DNA of 64,000 bases from an uncultured virus (IMG/VR IMGVR_UViG_3300031993_000026) (IMGVR_UViG_3300031993_000026:62001-126000), one strand, 5' to 3'; positions 19,479-29,487 are shown, counted from the first letter of the stretch. Notes: generated by a model from the sequence alone, not told the origin. Numbers and translations are program-made.

Positions 19479-20816
19479 ATGAGAACATTTTTAGTGATAG
19501 ACGGACACAACTTCATTTATCGGAGTCTTTTCGGGATGCCGAAGCCGAGCAAGGGCAAGTATCTCGAAAAGAAGCAGGACAGGGCTTTCTTCAACAAGCA
19601 GTTGATAATACAGACGATGGCACTTCTCCACGGATGGAAGACTGTCGCGGACGGTATGGTGTTCGTATGGGACTTCGGCACTTGGAGGAAGGAACTGGCA
19701 GCAAGGGAATACGCTGGTGTCATCGACTACAAGGGCAACAGGAAGGAGACCGAGCAGAAGGTTGACAAGGTTCGTTTCGGAGAGTGCATAGCCGAGTTCA
19801 AGAAGTGGCTCGACCTGTGCAGGATTGCGCAGTGCGAACTGCCCGGTGCGGAGGGCGACGACTGGATATGCTCCCTTGCGAGACGCTTCAACGGAATGGG
19901 AGACAGCGTAATCATATACAGCACAGACCACGACTTGCACCAACTCATAACCGACGGGGTTATGGAACTTGCGCCAGCGGGCGAAAGGAACTTCACCCTC
20001 TTTGCAACGGAATCCGACTGCGGAAGGCTTACGGAGAAGGAGGGCGGTGACATAATAGAGCGTATGCTCGGAGGCGGTTCTATGAAGATAGACGCTCTCA
20101 AACTCCTGCTCAACGAACTGCGTGTAGCGAACAGGCTGAAGATAGAGCCTGTCAAAGCGCAGGGGGCACTTTTCGACAAGATAATAAGCGGTGACACTTC
20201 GGACAACATACCGAGCGTATGCACATTCGCCAAGACCACCAAGCGTCACGGCGAGGATGTACAGACGACATACGGGCTTACAGCGAAGATGAGCAAGGGG
20301 ATACTTGAAAGGTTTGACGGCAAGACGGGTATCTCGGAGATAAACACATCCTGCTATTTCAACGACGAGTTGAAGTCCGTCCTGTGCGAGTGCATACTTG
20401 AAGTCGCCAAGCAGAAACTGAAGGATACAAAGACGCAGACCTGCTATGGCGGGACATTGGACGATGTTAAGCGGAACTTCGACAGGAATATGAAGTTCGT
20501 TATGCTCGGATGCGAGGAAGTCCTGCCTCCGCAGATATTCGAGGGGCTGGCAAGGCGTACCGACGAGATTGTGGCGGACGGGGCGTACCTGAACTGGAGC
20601 GCAATCGACAACTGGTGGGTTGAGCACGCGCCCGAATACAGCAAGATGGATGTCAACGCTATGCGCAAGATTCTTACGAAGGAGGAGCGCGAAACGGACT
20701 GGAGTTTCTTGAAAAAGGACGGGGAGCAGTCGTCAAATAATACGGAAACGAGCGGTGAATTGCCTGTAAACGAGGAAGATAGCCTTGGCATTGTAATAAA
20801 TGGAAAATTATTCTGA
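19479..20816 (+). CDS. rnh: RNase H / 5'-3' exonuclease (T4 rnh-like, FEN/PIN family)
   Basis: VIDGHNFIYRS, FVWD..TWRK, YKGNR, EGDDWI, STDHDLHQL, SGDTSDNIP; synteny with gp32. Confidence 0.85.
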   Translation: MRTFLVIDGHNFIYRSLFGMPKPSKGKYLEKKQDRAFFNKQLIIQTMALLHGWKTVADGMVFVWDFGTWRKELAAREYAGVIDYKGNRKETEQKVDKVRFGECIAEFKKWLDLCRIAQCELPGAEGDDWICSLARRFNGMGDSVIIYSTDHDLHQLITDGVMELAPAGERNFTLFATESDCGRLTEKEGGDIIERMLGGGSMKIDALKLLLNELRVANRLKIEPVKAQGALFDKIISGDTSDNIPSVCTFAKTTKRHGEDVQTTYGLTAKMSKGILERFDGKTGISEINTSCYFNDELKSVLCECILEVAKQKLKDTKTQTCYGGTLDDVKRNFDRNMKFVMLGCEEVLPPQIFEGLARRTDEIVADGAYLNWSAIDNWWVEHAPEYSKMDVNAMRKILTKEERETDWSFLKKDGEQSSNNTETSGELPVNEEDSLGIVINGKLF

Positions 20817-20843
20817 AATTTACGGAAATTCCCTATATATTAT
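20812..20843 (+). promoter_or_regulatory. TCTGAAA-N14-CTATATATTA motif (copy 3)
   Basis: Fixed spacing, upstream of 20858. Confidence 0.7.
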
Positions 20844-20857
20844 AGTCGTATGTTTAA

Positions 20858-21235
20858 ATGAACACAAGAAAGAAGATGGTTTCAAAGAAGGAGTACAGGG
20901 CACTTGTCGCGGAGCATTTCCCGAAAATCTGCAAGTTCTACGCGCTTATGGCGCACAGGAACGGGGAAGGCGTATGGAAGGGCGAGTACAAGGCTCGTAT
21001 GAACGAGCATATCGCAGTCCTGCGGGACAACGATGTGGCGAAGGACTCGAAGTCCAAACTCATAGCCCGCTTCCGCGAGGAGAACGGCTATGATACGGTC
21101 GAGAACCTTGCGACCACTCTCGGAGGGGTGCTTTCGGAGCAGGGTATGGAGAACGAGTTTGTTCTCGGCTTGTGCGAGAGCCTTATAAATAATATGGAGA
21201 CCATTATGTCGAGGATTGAAATAGAACAGGCGTAA
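20858..21235 (+). CDS. Hypothetical protein between rnh and gp32
   Basis: ORF after promoter motif. Confidence 0.7.
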   Translation: MNTRKKMVSKKEYRALVAEHFPKICKFYALMAHRNGEGVWKGEYKARMNEHIAVLRDNDVAKDSKSKLIARFREENGYDTVENLATTLGGVLSEQGMENEFVLGLCESLINNMETIMSRIEIEQA

Positions 21236-21294
21236 AACGATTTTTGAATAGAGTTAATTTTTTAAATAGTGTTAAATTATAAAAGTTTAGTCAA

Positions 21295-22293
21295 ATGGAA
21301 TTAAAGAAGTTAAATTACGATTCGCTTTTTGGAAGCGAGTTCACAGATGTCAACAAGTCAGTAAGCACGAAGGAGTCGAAGTATTCGGTTGACGAAAATC
21401 TCTACCAGCCGAAACTGGAAGATGCAAAGAAGGGCGTATATACGGCACTTATCCGTTTTATCCCGAACCCAATGGACTACAGCAAGTCAATCATCAACAA
21501 GACGCAGTATTTCTTCAAGGATGTGGACGGCGAGAACGGTGTCCGCGTGGACAGTCCAGAATCAGTAGGTCAGAGATGCCCTATCGGTCAACTCCGCGCA
21601 AAGTTGTGGAACACTGGAATTGCGTCGAACATCGAGATTGCGAAGAAGAACGCAGGCAAGGAGAACAAATACTGGTCGCTCATCTACATATACAAAGACC
21701 CGCAGCATCCAGAACTCGAAGGTCAGGTAAAGGTGTTCCGCTTCGGAAAGAAACTCTACGAGAAGTACCTCTTGGCAAGTTCACCGAACGAACTCGAAGG
21801 CGAGGAAGGCATTGCGGCTAACCACCTTCTTTTCGGAAAGAACCTCCGCCTTGTCGTCAAGAAGAAGGAGGATTATGTCAACTATGACGACTCGGAGTTC
21901 AGCGCGAAGAAGCCTCTGGAAATCGACGGTGTTGCAATCGACAACAGCGACAAGGGGCGCAAGTTGCTCGCCAAGATGTACGCTGGCGCACCAGACCTTT
22001 CGGAATATGAGTTCCAGCCGTGGGACGAAACCCAGACCGACAGGGTTCTTACCAACATCAAGACATATGACCGTCTTCTTCCGAACTCGGAGGCAAGCAG
22101 GATTGCCACCAAGTCGGTGAACGCGCTCAAGAACAACGGCGGTTCGGACAGCAAGATAGACGAGACCAAAATCGACAGCACGGACTTCTCTGACGAAGTA
22201 CGCGGTAACGAAACCACTGCCGAGAACGCTGACGCTGGAAAGAAGAGCGATGAGGACTTGCTCAACGAAATCGGTGATGAACTCGACCTCTAA
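21295..22293 (+). CDS. Single-stranded DNA-binding protein, T4 gp32-like
   Basis: ALIRFIP, CPI, Y.DPQHPELEGQVKVFRFGKK, GKNLRL...NYDDSEF, acidic C-terminal tail. Confidence 0.9.
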   Translation: MELKKLNYDSLFGSEFTDVNKSVSTKESKYSVDENLYQPKLEDAKKGVYTALIRFIPNPMDYSKSIINKTQYFFKDVDGENGVRVDSPESVGQRCPIGQLRAKLWNTGIASNIEIAKKNAGKENKYWSLIYIYKDPQHPELEGQVKVFRFGKKLYEKYLLASSPNELEGEEGIAANHLLFGKNLRLVVKKKEDYVNYDDSEFSAKKPLEIDGVAIDNSDKGRKLLAKMYAGAPDLSEYEFQPWDETQTDRVLTNIKTYDRLLPNSEASRIATKSVNALKNNGGSDSKIDETKIDSTDFSDEVRGNETTAENADAGKKSDEDLLNEIGDELDL

Positions 22294-22334
22294 TAGATAG
22301 GCAATATATTGTATAACACTTAAAACACTTTAAG

Positions 22335-22931
22335 ATGAGTGAAGAAGTAAAGAAAGAAAAGGAACTCCCGAAGAAAAGCGAACTTCTCGAAGAGCAGAAG
22401 AAACTTTGGGAACAGTACAACAAGGGCGAGGAGGAACTCTTGAACAAGGAGTTCATCGTAAAAATCGGAACTAAATCCAAGATGAACGCATTGCAGAAGT
22501 TCGTCGAGCACGACATACCGAGCAGTTACTACAAGGCACCTGCCGTCATCGCGCTCCACACGAACATAAGGATGCAGAAGCCGTACACCAAAGCACCAGA
22601 CTGGGACGGAACGATACTGCTCAATTCGATTTCAATCAGGGCATTGTTCGGTGGCTTTCAGGAATGGAAGGGTAACGGAGCGTTCGCAACAAAGGAATTT
22701 CTCGAACTCCTGAAGGATGTTGCACCCGAAATCGTAAAGCACATCAAGACAATCAACGAATGTCAGGATGCCAACAACGGGCTTCATATCCGCCTCAATG
22801 AAATCGACACGATACTCGACAGCAAGGAGTATATAGACGACTGCCCAGAAGTCGAGGCGAAGAGCGTGATAAAGGTGGAAGAGGAAGAGAAGGAGAAGTT
22901 GCAGGAGGAAGTCCAGCCTATTGTAGAATAA
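22335..22931 (+). CDS. Hypothetical protein
   Basis: Long ORF followed by terminator. Confidence 0.75.
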   Translation: MSEEVKKEKELPKKSELLEEQKKLWEQYNKGEEELLNKEFIVKIGTKSKMNALQKFVEHDIPSSYYKAPAVIALHTNIRMQKPYTKAPDWDGTILLNSISIRALFGGFQEWKGNGAFATKEFLELLKDVAPEIVKHIKTINECQDANNGLHIRLNEIDTILDSKEYIDDCPEVEAKSVIKVEEEEKEKLQEEVQPIVE

Positions 22932-22965
22932 TTATTTGTCATAATAGTAATTTGTTGTTTGTTTT

Positions 22966-23004
22966 CGGGGCGGAGTGATACCCAATGTCGCCCGCCCCGT
23001 TTTT
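22966..23004 (+). terminator. Rho-independent terminator
   Basis: CGGGGCGG...CCGCCCCG plus T-run. Confidence 0.8.
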
Positions 23005-23018
23005 AATTCCCGCGAAAA

Positions 23019-23690
23019 ATGAGTTATTTTGTTGACACGCCCCTTTCCAGCGACAGGTTGAGGAAGTCGGTCGTACAGGACATAATCCCGCTTCTGCCGA
23101 AGCGCATAGACACCGCTTGGGACATATTTTCGGGAGATGCCCTCGCTGGTGTCAACCTAATCCCGTTTTCAAATAATGTGGTGTGCAATGTTATGGACAT
23201 TGACACCGAGAGGTCTATGCTCCTGATAAGGGACGGAAAGTCGGACATATCCTGTCCGAAGCGCACGCTTGACGCTTACCGCGTGGCTCTCGGAAAGGTG
23301 AAACTCGTCCACTTCTCTTGGGAGCATATAGTCCGTGTCGGCTTCGGAGGAAGGGAACTTCCGCTTTCGGCGGGGGACTTCGTGTTCTGCTACGCGCCTC
23401 TAATCGGGGAGTATGTGCCAGACAGGTCGGACAACGGCAAGGCACGGCATCCTTTCAGGTGGACGCAGGGGAATATGTCCGAACTGCTTGGGCTTCTCTC
23501 GTCCGTCCAGTCGGCTGGTGCTGGCTTCGGTGCAGTGCTTTCGTTCGGTCGTGGCATAAGCCCGAACAGCGATGCTGTCGGCTTCTGTGAAAAGAACGGA
23601 TATGAATACAGGAGGGTGGGTAGCATCAACAGTTTTTCGAGGGGGACTACGACAGACGACATAGTTTATGTCACTAACCGAAAACCATAG
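23019..23690 (+). CDS. Degenerate Dam/D12-class adenine methyltransferase homologue
   Basis: IIPLLPKRIDTAWDIFSGD (motif I-like) and GDFVFCYAPL where DFVYxDPPY is expected. Confidence 0.55.
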   Translation: MSYFVDTPLSSDRLRKSVVQDIIPLLPKRIDTAWDIFSGDALAGVNLIPFSNNVVCNVMDIDTERSMLLIRDGKSDISCPKRTLDAYRVALGKVKLVHFSWEHIVRVGFGGRELPLSAGDFVFCYAPLIGEYVPDRSDNGKARHPFRWTQGNMSELLGLLSSVQSAGAGFGAVLSFGRGISPNSDAVGFCEKNGYEYRRVGSINSFSRGTTTDDIVYVTNRKP

Positions 23691-23695
23691 AAGAT

Positions 23696-24475
23696 ATGAC
23701 TGAAAACGAATTTGCCCTGCTCTCCGAAGACCTGAAGCGTCTTGCAGCGAGTATGCCGCTTGAATGGGGGGAGATGCAGAATGACAATATGGACAACCTC
23801 ACCGACATATTCAGGATAAATTCCTACGGTGAACTTGAGCGTTTCGTAGCACCGTATGCAGACAGCACGAAGGACTACGCCAGACGGAGGTGGTATCTCT
23901 ACAAGTGCTCCGAATGCGACAAGCACCTTATGGCTAACAACGGCAGTGCAACGCCAGTTTCTCTCGGCGGGAGCAGGAACAGCGGGCATAACATCACGAT
24001 AGGCGGGTACGACTTCGGTATGTACTGCACGGTTGTGCCGAGACTTTTTGCCGACAACCGCATAGAGAGCCTGCTTGCCCGTCAGGAGGATATAATCGAC
24101 AGTTACTATGACAGGCAGAGCAAGGAGTCGCGCAACAAGATACAGAACAGGCTCTTCGTCATACACCATTCGCTCATAGACGGTAGCAGGGAGATGGTTT
24201 TGCGGAGCGCGTGGAATGCGAAGCGCGTGCTGTACAGGAAGTTCTGCGACAGCATATCCGACATACGCTTCTATGAGACGCACGGGGTTATTGCTGGAAC
24301 GATATTCCTGATAGAGAGGGAACTCGGCAAGGTCAAGGGTGTAATCTACGGACTTGATAATAAAAATAGCAAAGATAATGAAAGTGATTGTGATAGGCGA
24401 CATACACGGTCGCAGGAACTGGAAGGAACTTATAGACACGAAGGCTCTGAATGTGTTTGTCGGGGACTATTTTGA
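23696..24475 (+). CDS. Hypothetical protein, possibly restriction-endonuclease-like
   Basis: WGxxQND, YARRRWY, YxxQSKESRNKIQNRLFVIHHS; directly behind the MTase-like gene. Confidence 0.4.
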   Translation: MTENEFALLSEDLKRLAASMPLEWGEMQNDNMDNLTDIFRINSYGELERFVAPYADSTKDYARRRWYLYKCSECDKHLMANNGSATPVSLGGSRNSGHNITIGGYDFGMYCTVVPRLFADNRIESLLARQEDIIDSYYDRQSKESRNKIQNRLFVIHHSLIDGSREMVLRSAWNAKRVLYRKFCDSISDIRFYETHGVIAGTIFLIERELGKVKGVIYGLDNKNSKDNESDCDRRHTRSQELEGTYRHEGSECVCRGLF

Positions 24476-25121
24476 CCCGTATGACGACATATCGTTCTCG
24501 GAGCAGGCGGACAACTTCAAGGAGATTGTTGCGCTCAAGTATTCGCGCCCAGACAACTTCGTGCTGTTATACGGCAACCACGATGCCCACTACTTTATGA
24601 GGGGTGAGCGTTCGAGCAGGTACAATGATGCCCACGCGCAGGAGACGAAGGACTTGTTCGAGTCGAGCAAGGCGTTGTTCTACGGGGTTGCATTTGCGCC
24701 AGACAACGGGCATCTTATTTCCCACGCTGGCGTTACGAGGCAGTGGGCGTACTTCAGGCTCGGATACAAGGACGGCACTCCCGTCCCGTCACCGAAGGAA
24801 CTCGAAGTTATGGTGAACAGGCTGTGGAACACCGACAGGGGCGCGTTCTCGTTTATGAACAATGCGCAGGACTGGTACGACTGCTACGGCACATCGAGTT
24901 CGCACAGCCCGATTTGGGTGCGTGACGAAACCCTTGTGAACAATGCGATAAACAACGGCTGCGGGTGGATACAGGTCGTGGGGCATACCCAGCACCCGAA
25001 GGTCGAAAGATGGCAGGACTGCGTATTCGTTGACTGTCTCGGCTTCTCGACGGATGCCTATGTGTTTGAAACGGAAAGTTTAACTGAAAATACCGATAGC
25101 GATGGCAAGGACAACAAGTAA
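24378..25121 (+). CDS. Metallophosphoesterase (intact motifs)
   Basis: GDIHG, GDYFD, GNHD, SHAG, GHT. Confidence 0.9.
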   Translation: MKVIVIGDIHGRRNWKELIDTKALNVFVGDYFDPYDDISFSEQADNFKEIVALKYSRPDNFVLLYGNHDAHYFMRGERSSRYNDAHAQETKDLFESSKALFYGVAFAPDNGHLISHAGVTRQWAYFRLGYKDGTPVPSPKELEVMVNRLWNTDRGAFSFMNNAQDWYDCYGTSSSHSPIWVRDETLVNNAINNGCGWIQVVGHTQHPKVERWQDCVFVDCLGFSTDAYVFETESLTENTDSDGKDNK

Positions 25122-25797
25122 AAAGACGAGCAAGGGCAAGGGGAGCGAAAAGCGTTACCTTGTCGAAGTGAACAGGGAGCAACTGTGGGTTCTCGAAAAT
25201 ATGACGGAGATTATGATGCGCCTCATCTGCGGGCAACTCGACATTGCCCTGACGAACATCTTTATGAAGGCGTATGAAAAGAACTTCCCGACACAGGCGA
25301 GGGACGCTGACGGAAAGTTGACGCAGGCGTACTGGGACAAGCGCGATACGCTGACCGTCCATATAAACGAGTTCAGGCGCGAATACTGGAACTGCGTGAG
25401 CCAATACTTCGGAGTGAACTATGACAACGAAGCGGACATACTTTATGATATGCATCAGGTCATACGCAAGTTCCGCTACGACCACCTGTTCACCAAGAAG
25501 GAGCAGGATGAGATGAAATATACGGTTATGGCTAACACCCCGCTTTCATTCGGGAGCGAGCCTCTCATCCGCATATTCGAGCGTACTGGCTTCGACAAGG
25601 ACAAGTTCATCGGCGAGGCGGTGAAGTTCGTCAAGACGATAACGGACAAGTGCGACATCATATTCAGGAAGTCTGGCGAGAAGGTCAACGGGAAGATACT
25701 CGTGGACGACTTCAAGCGTCTGCTCGGTGAAATCGACTGCGGTGAACTCTCGAAAGCCGATATGGAGGCGAGCGAGGGGAATATAAATAATAAGTAA
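25102..25797 (+). CDS. Hypothetical protein
   Basis: Operon packing. Confidence 0.7.
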   Translation: MARTTSKKTSKGKGSEKRYLVEVNREQLWVLENMTEIMMRLICGQLDIALTNIFMKAYEKNFPTQARDADGKLTQAYWDKRDTLTVHINEFRREYWNCVSQYFGVNYDNEADILYDMHQVIRKFRYDHLFTKKEQDEMKYTVMANTPLSFGSEPLIRIFERTGFDKDKFIGEAVKFVKTITDKCDIIFRKSGEKVNGKILVDDFKRLLGEIDCGELSKADMEASEGNINNK

Positions 25798-25808
25798 AAT
25801 TTAACATT

Positions 25809-26279
25809 ATGTCATATAATTTTTTAGATGATTTGAAAAAGGCGGGTTTCTATGAGATTTTCGGAAACCCGAAGTTCTATGCCGCCTGCAACGGCAACGG
25901 CTGTAACTGCCACAGCAACAATGAAAGCAATGAAGCACCAGAACCAGACGACTTCTACGAGGACGGCGGGGACTGGCGTGCGCAGGTGAAGGACGGCGAG
26001 TTCTTTCTGCACGCGATAGCGACTGGAAACGAAAAGGAGGACTGCATCGTGAAGGTCAACAAGGACAAGGGCGTGCTTGTCGTCAAGAACAGGATTGACG
26101 ACGACATACTCAATGACGATGATTTCTGGTTCATACACAGCATAGACATCCGTGTAAGGCTTCCGAAGCACATAGACTACAAGTCGTTCCGCAAGGAGGT
26201 CGAGAACGGTGTGCTTATCGTGACGGCTGACATCGTGAAGCCAGCCGAGAAGAAGGATGAGGAGATTACGGTCGAGTAG
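25809..26279 (+). CDS. Hsp20/alpha-crystallin small heat-shock protein
   Basis: G.EKEDCIVKV...VLVVK ... VRLPKHID....EVENGVLIVT; TATAAATA at 25782. Confidence 0.7.
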   Translation: MSYNFLDDLKKAGFYEIFGNPKFYAACNGNGCNCHSNNESNEAPEPDDFYEDGGDWRAQVKDGEFFLHAIATGNEKEDCIVKVNKDKGVLVVKNRIDDDILNDDDFWFIHSIDIRVRLPKHIDYKSFRKEVENGVLIVTADIVKPAEKKDEEITVE

Positions 26280-26329
26280 CCGTGCTTTCCGTGCGATATA
26301 TAAATAAGTTATATATAAGCATATTTGAT

Positions 26330-26677
26330 ATGGTAAGTAGATACGGTGAATTTAAGGATAGCGGGTGCTTTGTTTCAGAGCCGTGCTATATTTCCCAAGT
26401 TGTCGAGAACAAGGCGCACGCCATACTTGTCTATTATGACAGGTACGAAACCGCGATGGCTTTCGGGTATGACGATATATCCGAACTTGCATCCGAGTGG
26501 AGCAAGAAAGCCCCAGAGATAACCACGAATCGTGGCACAAGGCTGTCGTTTGAAGAAATGTACGGGCGTGAACTGGAGGACATTGATGCCCTTATGACTG
26601 GTGAGTCGTATTCGTTTTTGCCCCCCGCTGCGAACGGGCTGGTAAGGAAAAGAATAATCGTTCTTAAAATCAAATGA
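26330..26677 (+). CDS. Leader-like start (MVSRYGEF); putative internal head protein
   Basis: ATG at 26330 after extended late promoter 26299-26318. Confidence 0.65.
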   Translation: MVSRYGEFKDSGCFVSEPCYISQVVENKAHAILVYYDRYETAMAFGYDDISELASEWSKKAPEITTNRGTRLSFEEMYGRELEDIDALMTGESYSFLPPAANGLVRKRIIVLKIK

Positions 26678-26705
26678 AGTCGGAAGAATAATATAAGGTC
26701 GAGAT

Positions 26706-27317
26706 ATGGTACACATTAAACGGTTGGACGAAATGATGACACCGAATGTAACTGGTGGTGTAGCAAATATTGATGAGATTGTCAGGAAATATAATCTCAA
26801 ATACAATGAAGATACAGGTCGCTATGATTGTAACGGTAATGTAGATGTCGTTAGTGCAAAGGATGATTTGGTTGCAAATGGAAGATTTGTCATTCCGTTT
26901 GGTGTCGTTAGCGGAAATTTCTATTGCCAGCACATTCGTCTTGAATCCCTTAATGGTGCGCCAACGGAAGTCGGCGGTACTTTCTACTGCCAGTATAATA
27001 GGTTCAGTACGCTCGAAGGTGCACCAAGTAAGGTTGGTAGAGATTTTATCTGTGCATATAATTATTATCTTACATCAATCAAGGGTGCGCCAGCGGAAGT
27101 CGGCGGAGATTTTTTTTGTAGCCATTGCAAAATAGAATCGCTCGAAGGCGCACCGAGAAAAGTCGGTGGTGATTTTGAATGTTGCGATAATCATTTGACA
27201 TCGCTCGAAGGCGCACCGCAGGAAGTGGGCGGTGAATTTGATTGTAGGGGTAATAAACTTATTTCCCTTGATGGTGCACCCGAAAAGGTTGGTAGTATGC
27301 TTTCTGATTTTGATTAA
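26706..27317 (+). CDS. Leader-bearing (MVHIKRLDEM) protein with 22-aa leucine-rich repeats
   Basis: LxSLEGAPxxVGGxFxCxxN repeats; paralogue of 50794-51717. Confidence 0.85.
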   Translation: MVHIKRLDEMMTPNVTGGVANIDEIVRKYNLKYNEDTGRYDCNGNVDVVSAKDDLVANGRFVIPFGVVSGNFYCQHIRLESLNGAPTEVGGTFYCQYNRFSTLEGAPSKVGRDFICAYNYYLTSIKGAPAEVGGDFFCSHCKIESLEGAPRKVGGDFECCDNHLTSLEGAPQEVGGEFDCRGNKLISLDGAPEKVGSMLSDFD

Positions 27318-27330
27318 GGATTTTTGGCTT

Positions 27331-27666
27331 ATGCGCATATTCAGGTTCATACGGGCTTTGTTCAGGCATATTTTTGCGGGGCGCGAGAATGTATATTTCG
27401 CCGAGTACATCGAGAGGCTTCGCACCTGCAACAAGTGCGAGCATATCGACAAGCGCAAATACACCTGCGGTGTCTGCGGTTGCAAGATGGATGTCAAGTG
27501 CAAGTGGGCGGACAGCGAGTGTGCGATAGGCAGGTGGAAGGTCGTATCGGACGATAAGCCCGCGAAGACTTCACTCCCGACCTGTTCGGATTGCGCCAAG
27601 TATTCCGCCTGTGCGTTGAGTCTCGGCTCTCACGATGTAATATGCGAGAACTATGAGAGTAAATAA
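27331..27666 (+). CDS. Small Cys-rich, probably Zn-binding protein
   Basis: RLRTCNKC..TCGVCGC..K..ECAIGRW. Confidence 0.7.
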   Translation: MRIFRFIRALFRHIFAGRENVYFAEYIERLRTCNKCEHIDKRKYTCGVCGCKMDVKCKWADSECAIGRWKVVSDDKPAKTSLPTCSDCAKYSACALSLGSHDVICENYESK

Positions 27667-27684
27667 TATATATCTTATTGTAGG

Positions 27685-28302
27685 ATGGTAAAGAAATTCA
27701 GTGAGTTTATAGCCGAGTCGTCGCTTCCAGACTATGAGGCGTTGCCTTACAATCCGAAAGGCACGGGCGAGGACTTCTACAAATATGTGTACGGGCTTTT
27801 CCCGAAGGAGTGGAGGACGCTGGAGGAAACGGAGGTCGGCACGATATGGGTGCATAGCGACATAACATCGCCCATAACGAAGAAGGTCATTGTTGATGCC
27901 AGCGAGGGCAATGTCTATCATTATTTCAGGAAGGCGAGCGACGGCACTTGGGATGAGTTCGAGAAGCGCGATATGTCGCGCGACAGCAACGAGCCAGTGG
28001 AGCACGGTGTCGTTGTCACCAACAATGACATTATGGACGCAAGCGGCAGGTATCTCGGCTTGTACGCGCCAGCATACGACAGGAACGGAAACCTCGTATG
28101 CTACCCCACGACAGGGAAGGACAGGAGCGGCTTGTATGTTATGAAGGGCATACGCCCGATATTGTTTTCCGAACTTTGGAACGACTGTGGCGAGGAACTT
28201 CGCGCCGAGTCAAACGGCAGGCGGGGTACAGTGTGCCTTTACGATGGGCACGGGCACAAGTGGGTTGCACGCGACTGTGACGAGTTAAGGAGGTTCATAT
28301 AA
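27685..28302 (+). CDS. Leader-bearing protein (MVKKFSEFIAES)
   Basis: Closest match in window to the T4 IPII/IPIII targeting sequence MKTYQEFIAE. Confidence 0.75.
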   Translation: MVKKFSEFIAESSLPDYEALPYNPKGTGEDFYKYVYGLFPKEWRTLEETEVGTIWVHSDITSPITKKVIVDASEGNVYHYFRKASDGTWDEFEKRDMSRDSNEPVEHGVVVTNNDIMDASGRYLGLYAPAYDRNGNLVCYPTTGKDRSGLYVMKGIRPILFSELWNDCGEELRAESNGRRGTVCLYDGHGHKWVARDCDELRRFI

Positions 28303-28321
28303 AATATATAATGTTGGAATT

Positions 28322-28771
28322 ATGATAAAGAGATTTGAAGACTTTGAAAATATAGATGATGTTACCGCTGGTGCAAAGGTCGTAACCCGCGAAGGGGAAC
28401 TTAAGGACATACTTCCCGTTCTCGCTGGATGCCTTGACGAGATATCAAGGTTGTCTGGGTGGTTCGGCTCACCAGAGATGGTTGCGAAGTGCAAGGTTGA
28501 TGGCGATACTGCATATTATGAAATGGAGTCGAAGACCCAATGGGCTAATGACGGTTATCTTTTGCTATATATGATGCCACAGACATTTACTCCGTACCTG
28601 CTGTTCGGTTTCTCGGAGAATGATGTCGATTTGCATCATTTGAAAATCAGCGACCTGTCGTTCAGCATCAAGGATGTCGAACACAAGTTTGCGGTCACGA
28701 GCAGGATAAGGAGGATTGACCCGACGGATGGTGTCAATAGGTTGATTGCGAAGGTTCGGGTGCATAATTAA
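28322..28771 (+). CDS. Leader-bearing protein (MIKRFEDFEN)
   Basis: Leader family. Confidence 0.7.
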   Translation: MIKRFEDFENIDDVTAGAKVVTREGELKDILPVLAGCLDEISRLSGWFGSPEMVAKCKVDGDTAYYEMESKTQWANDGYLLLYMMPQTFTPYLLFGFSENDVDLHHLKISDLSFSIKDVEHKFAVTSRIRRIDPTDGVNRLIAKVRVHN

Positions 28772-28812
28772 ACACGGCTACTTGTATTTTTTTTACTTTT
28801 TAGTTTTGTCTC

Positions 28813-28845
28813 AAGGTCGGGAATCCCAAGCCCGACCTTCTTTTT
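28813..28845 (+). terminator. Rho-independent terminator
   Basis: AAGGTCGGG-N9-CCCGACCTT plus T-run. Confidence 0.85.
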
Positions 28846-28907
28846 CTGAAATCATTATAAATAGCCAATATATTAGTGTCGGAGAGAATTTATAAATAAG
28901 TTATATA
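28845..28907 (+). promoter_or_regulatory. TCTGAAA motif (copy 4) with nested TATAAATA, plus extended late promoter at 28891
   Basis: Near-duplicate of 42498-42529. Confidence 0.7.
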
Positions 28908-28923
28908 GTATAAACATTTTATT

Positions 28924-29421
28924 ATGGTTAAGAGATACAGCGAATTTATAACGGAAGGAAGGAGCGAATACATAATGTCGAGGCTCGCGCTCGGATTTGC
29001 CCTTGAAGTGAAGCGCAAGTCGGAGGACGGAAGTTTCGCCCGCGACTGCAAGGTCGAGAACGGCATAGCGTACTATGAGTACGACAGCATATATGAGCCA
29101 GACGCAATGACAAGGCACAACGGGGATTTTGTCCTTATGGTTCTTCCAGACAACCAGAACCCCCAGTTCCTTGCTGGGTATGTGTCTCACGATATGCCCG
29201 TTGACAAGATAAGTTTCAGGAATGTGAACGCGCTCGACCTCAATGACGGTGAACTCGCAGACCTCCGAAGCCGAGTGAGCGTCAATATGGCTGGCAACGG
29301 TGTGAGGATGCTTATCATAAAGGCTCGCATAGACGACGACAAGAGGACGGAAACACCTCCGATAAGGATTACTCCGACAAGGGCTTCTGGTCTTGCGCTA
29401 CATAAACTTCCAGAATGGTAG
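28924..29421 (+). CDS. Leader-bearing protein (MVKRYSEFITEG)
   Basis: Leader family with I-T-E site. Confidence 0.75.
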   Translation: MVKRYSEFITEGRSEYIMSRLALGFALEVKRKSEDGSFARDCKVENGIAYYEYDSIYEPDAMTRHNGDFVLMVLPDNQNPQFLAGYVSHDMPVDKISFRNVNALDLNDGELADLRSRVSVNMAGNGVRMLIIKARIDDDKRTETPPIRITPTRASGLALHKLPEW

Positions 29422-29487
29422 GAGAATAATTGCTTATGCTTCATATAGTACACATAAGGAAGAAATAGAATATATAATAGTACGGAT

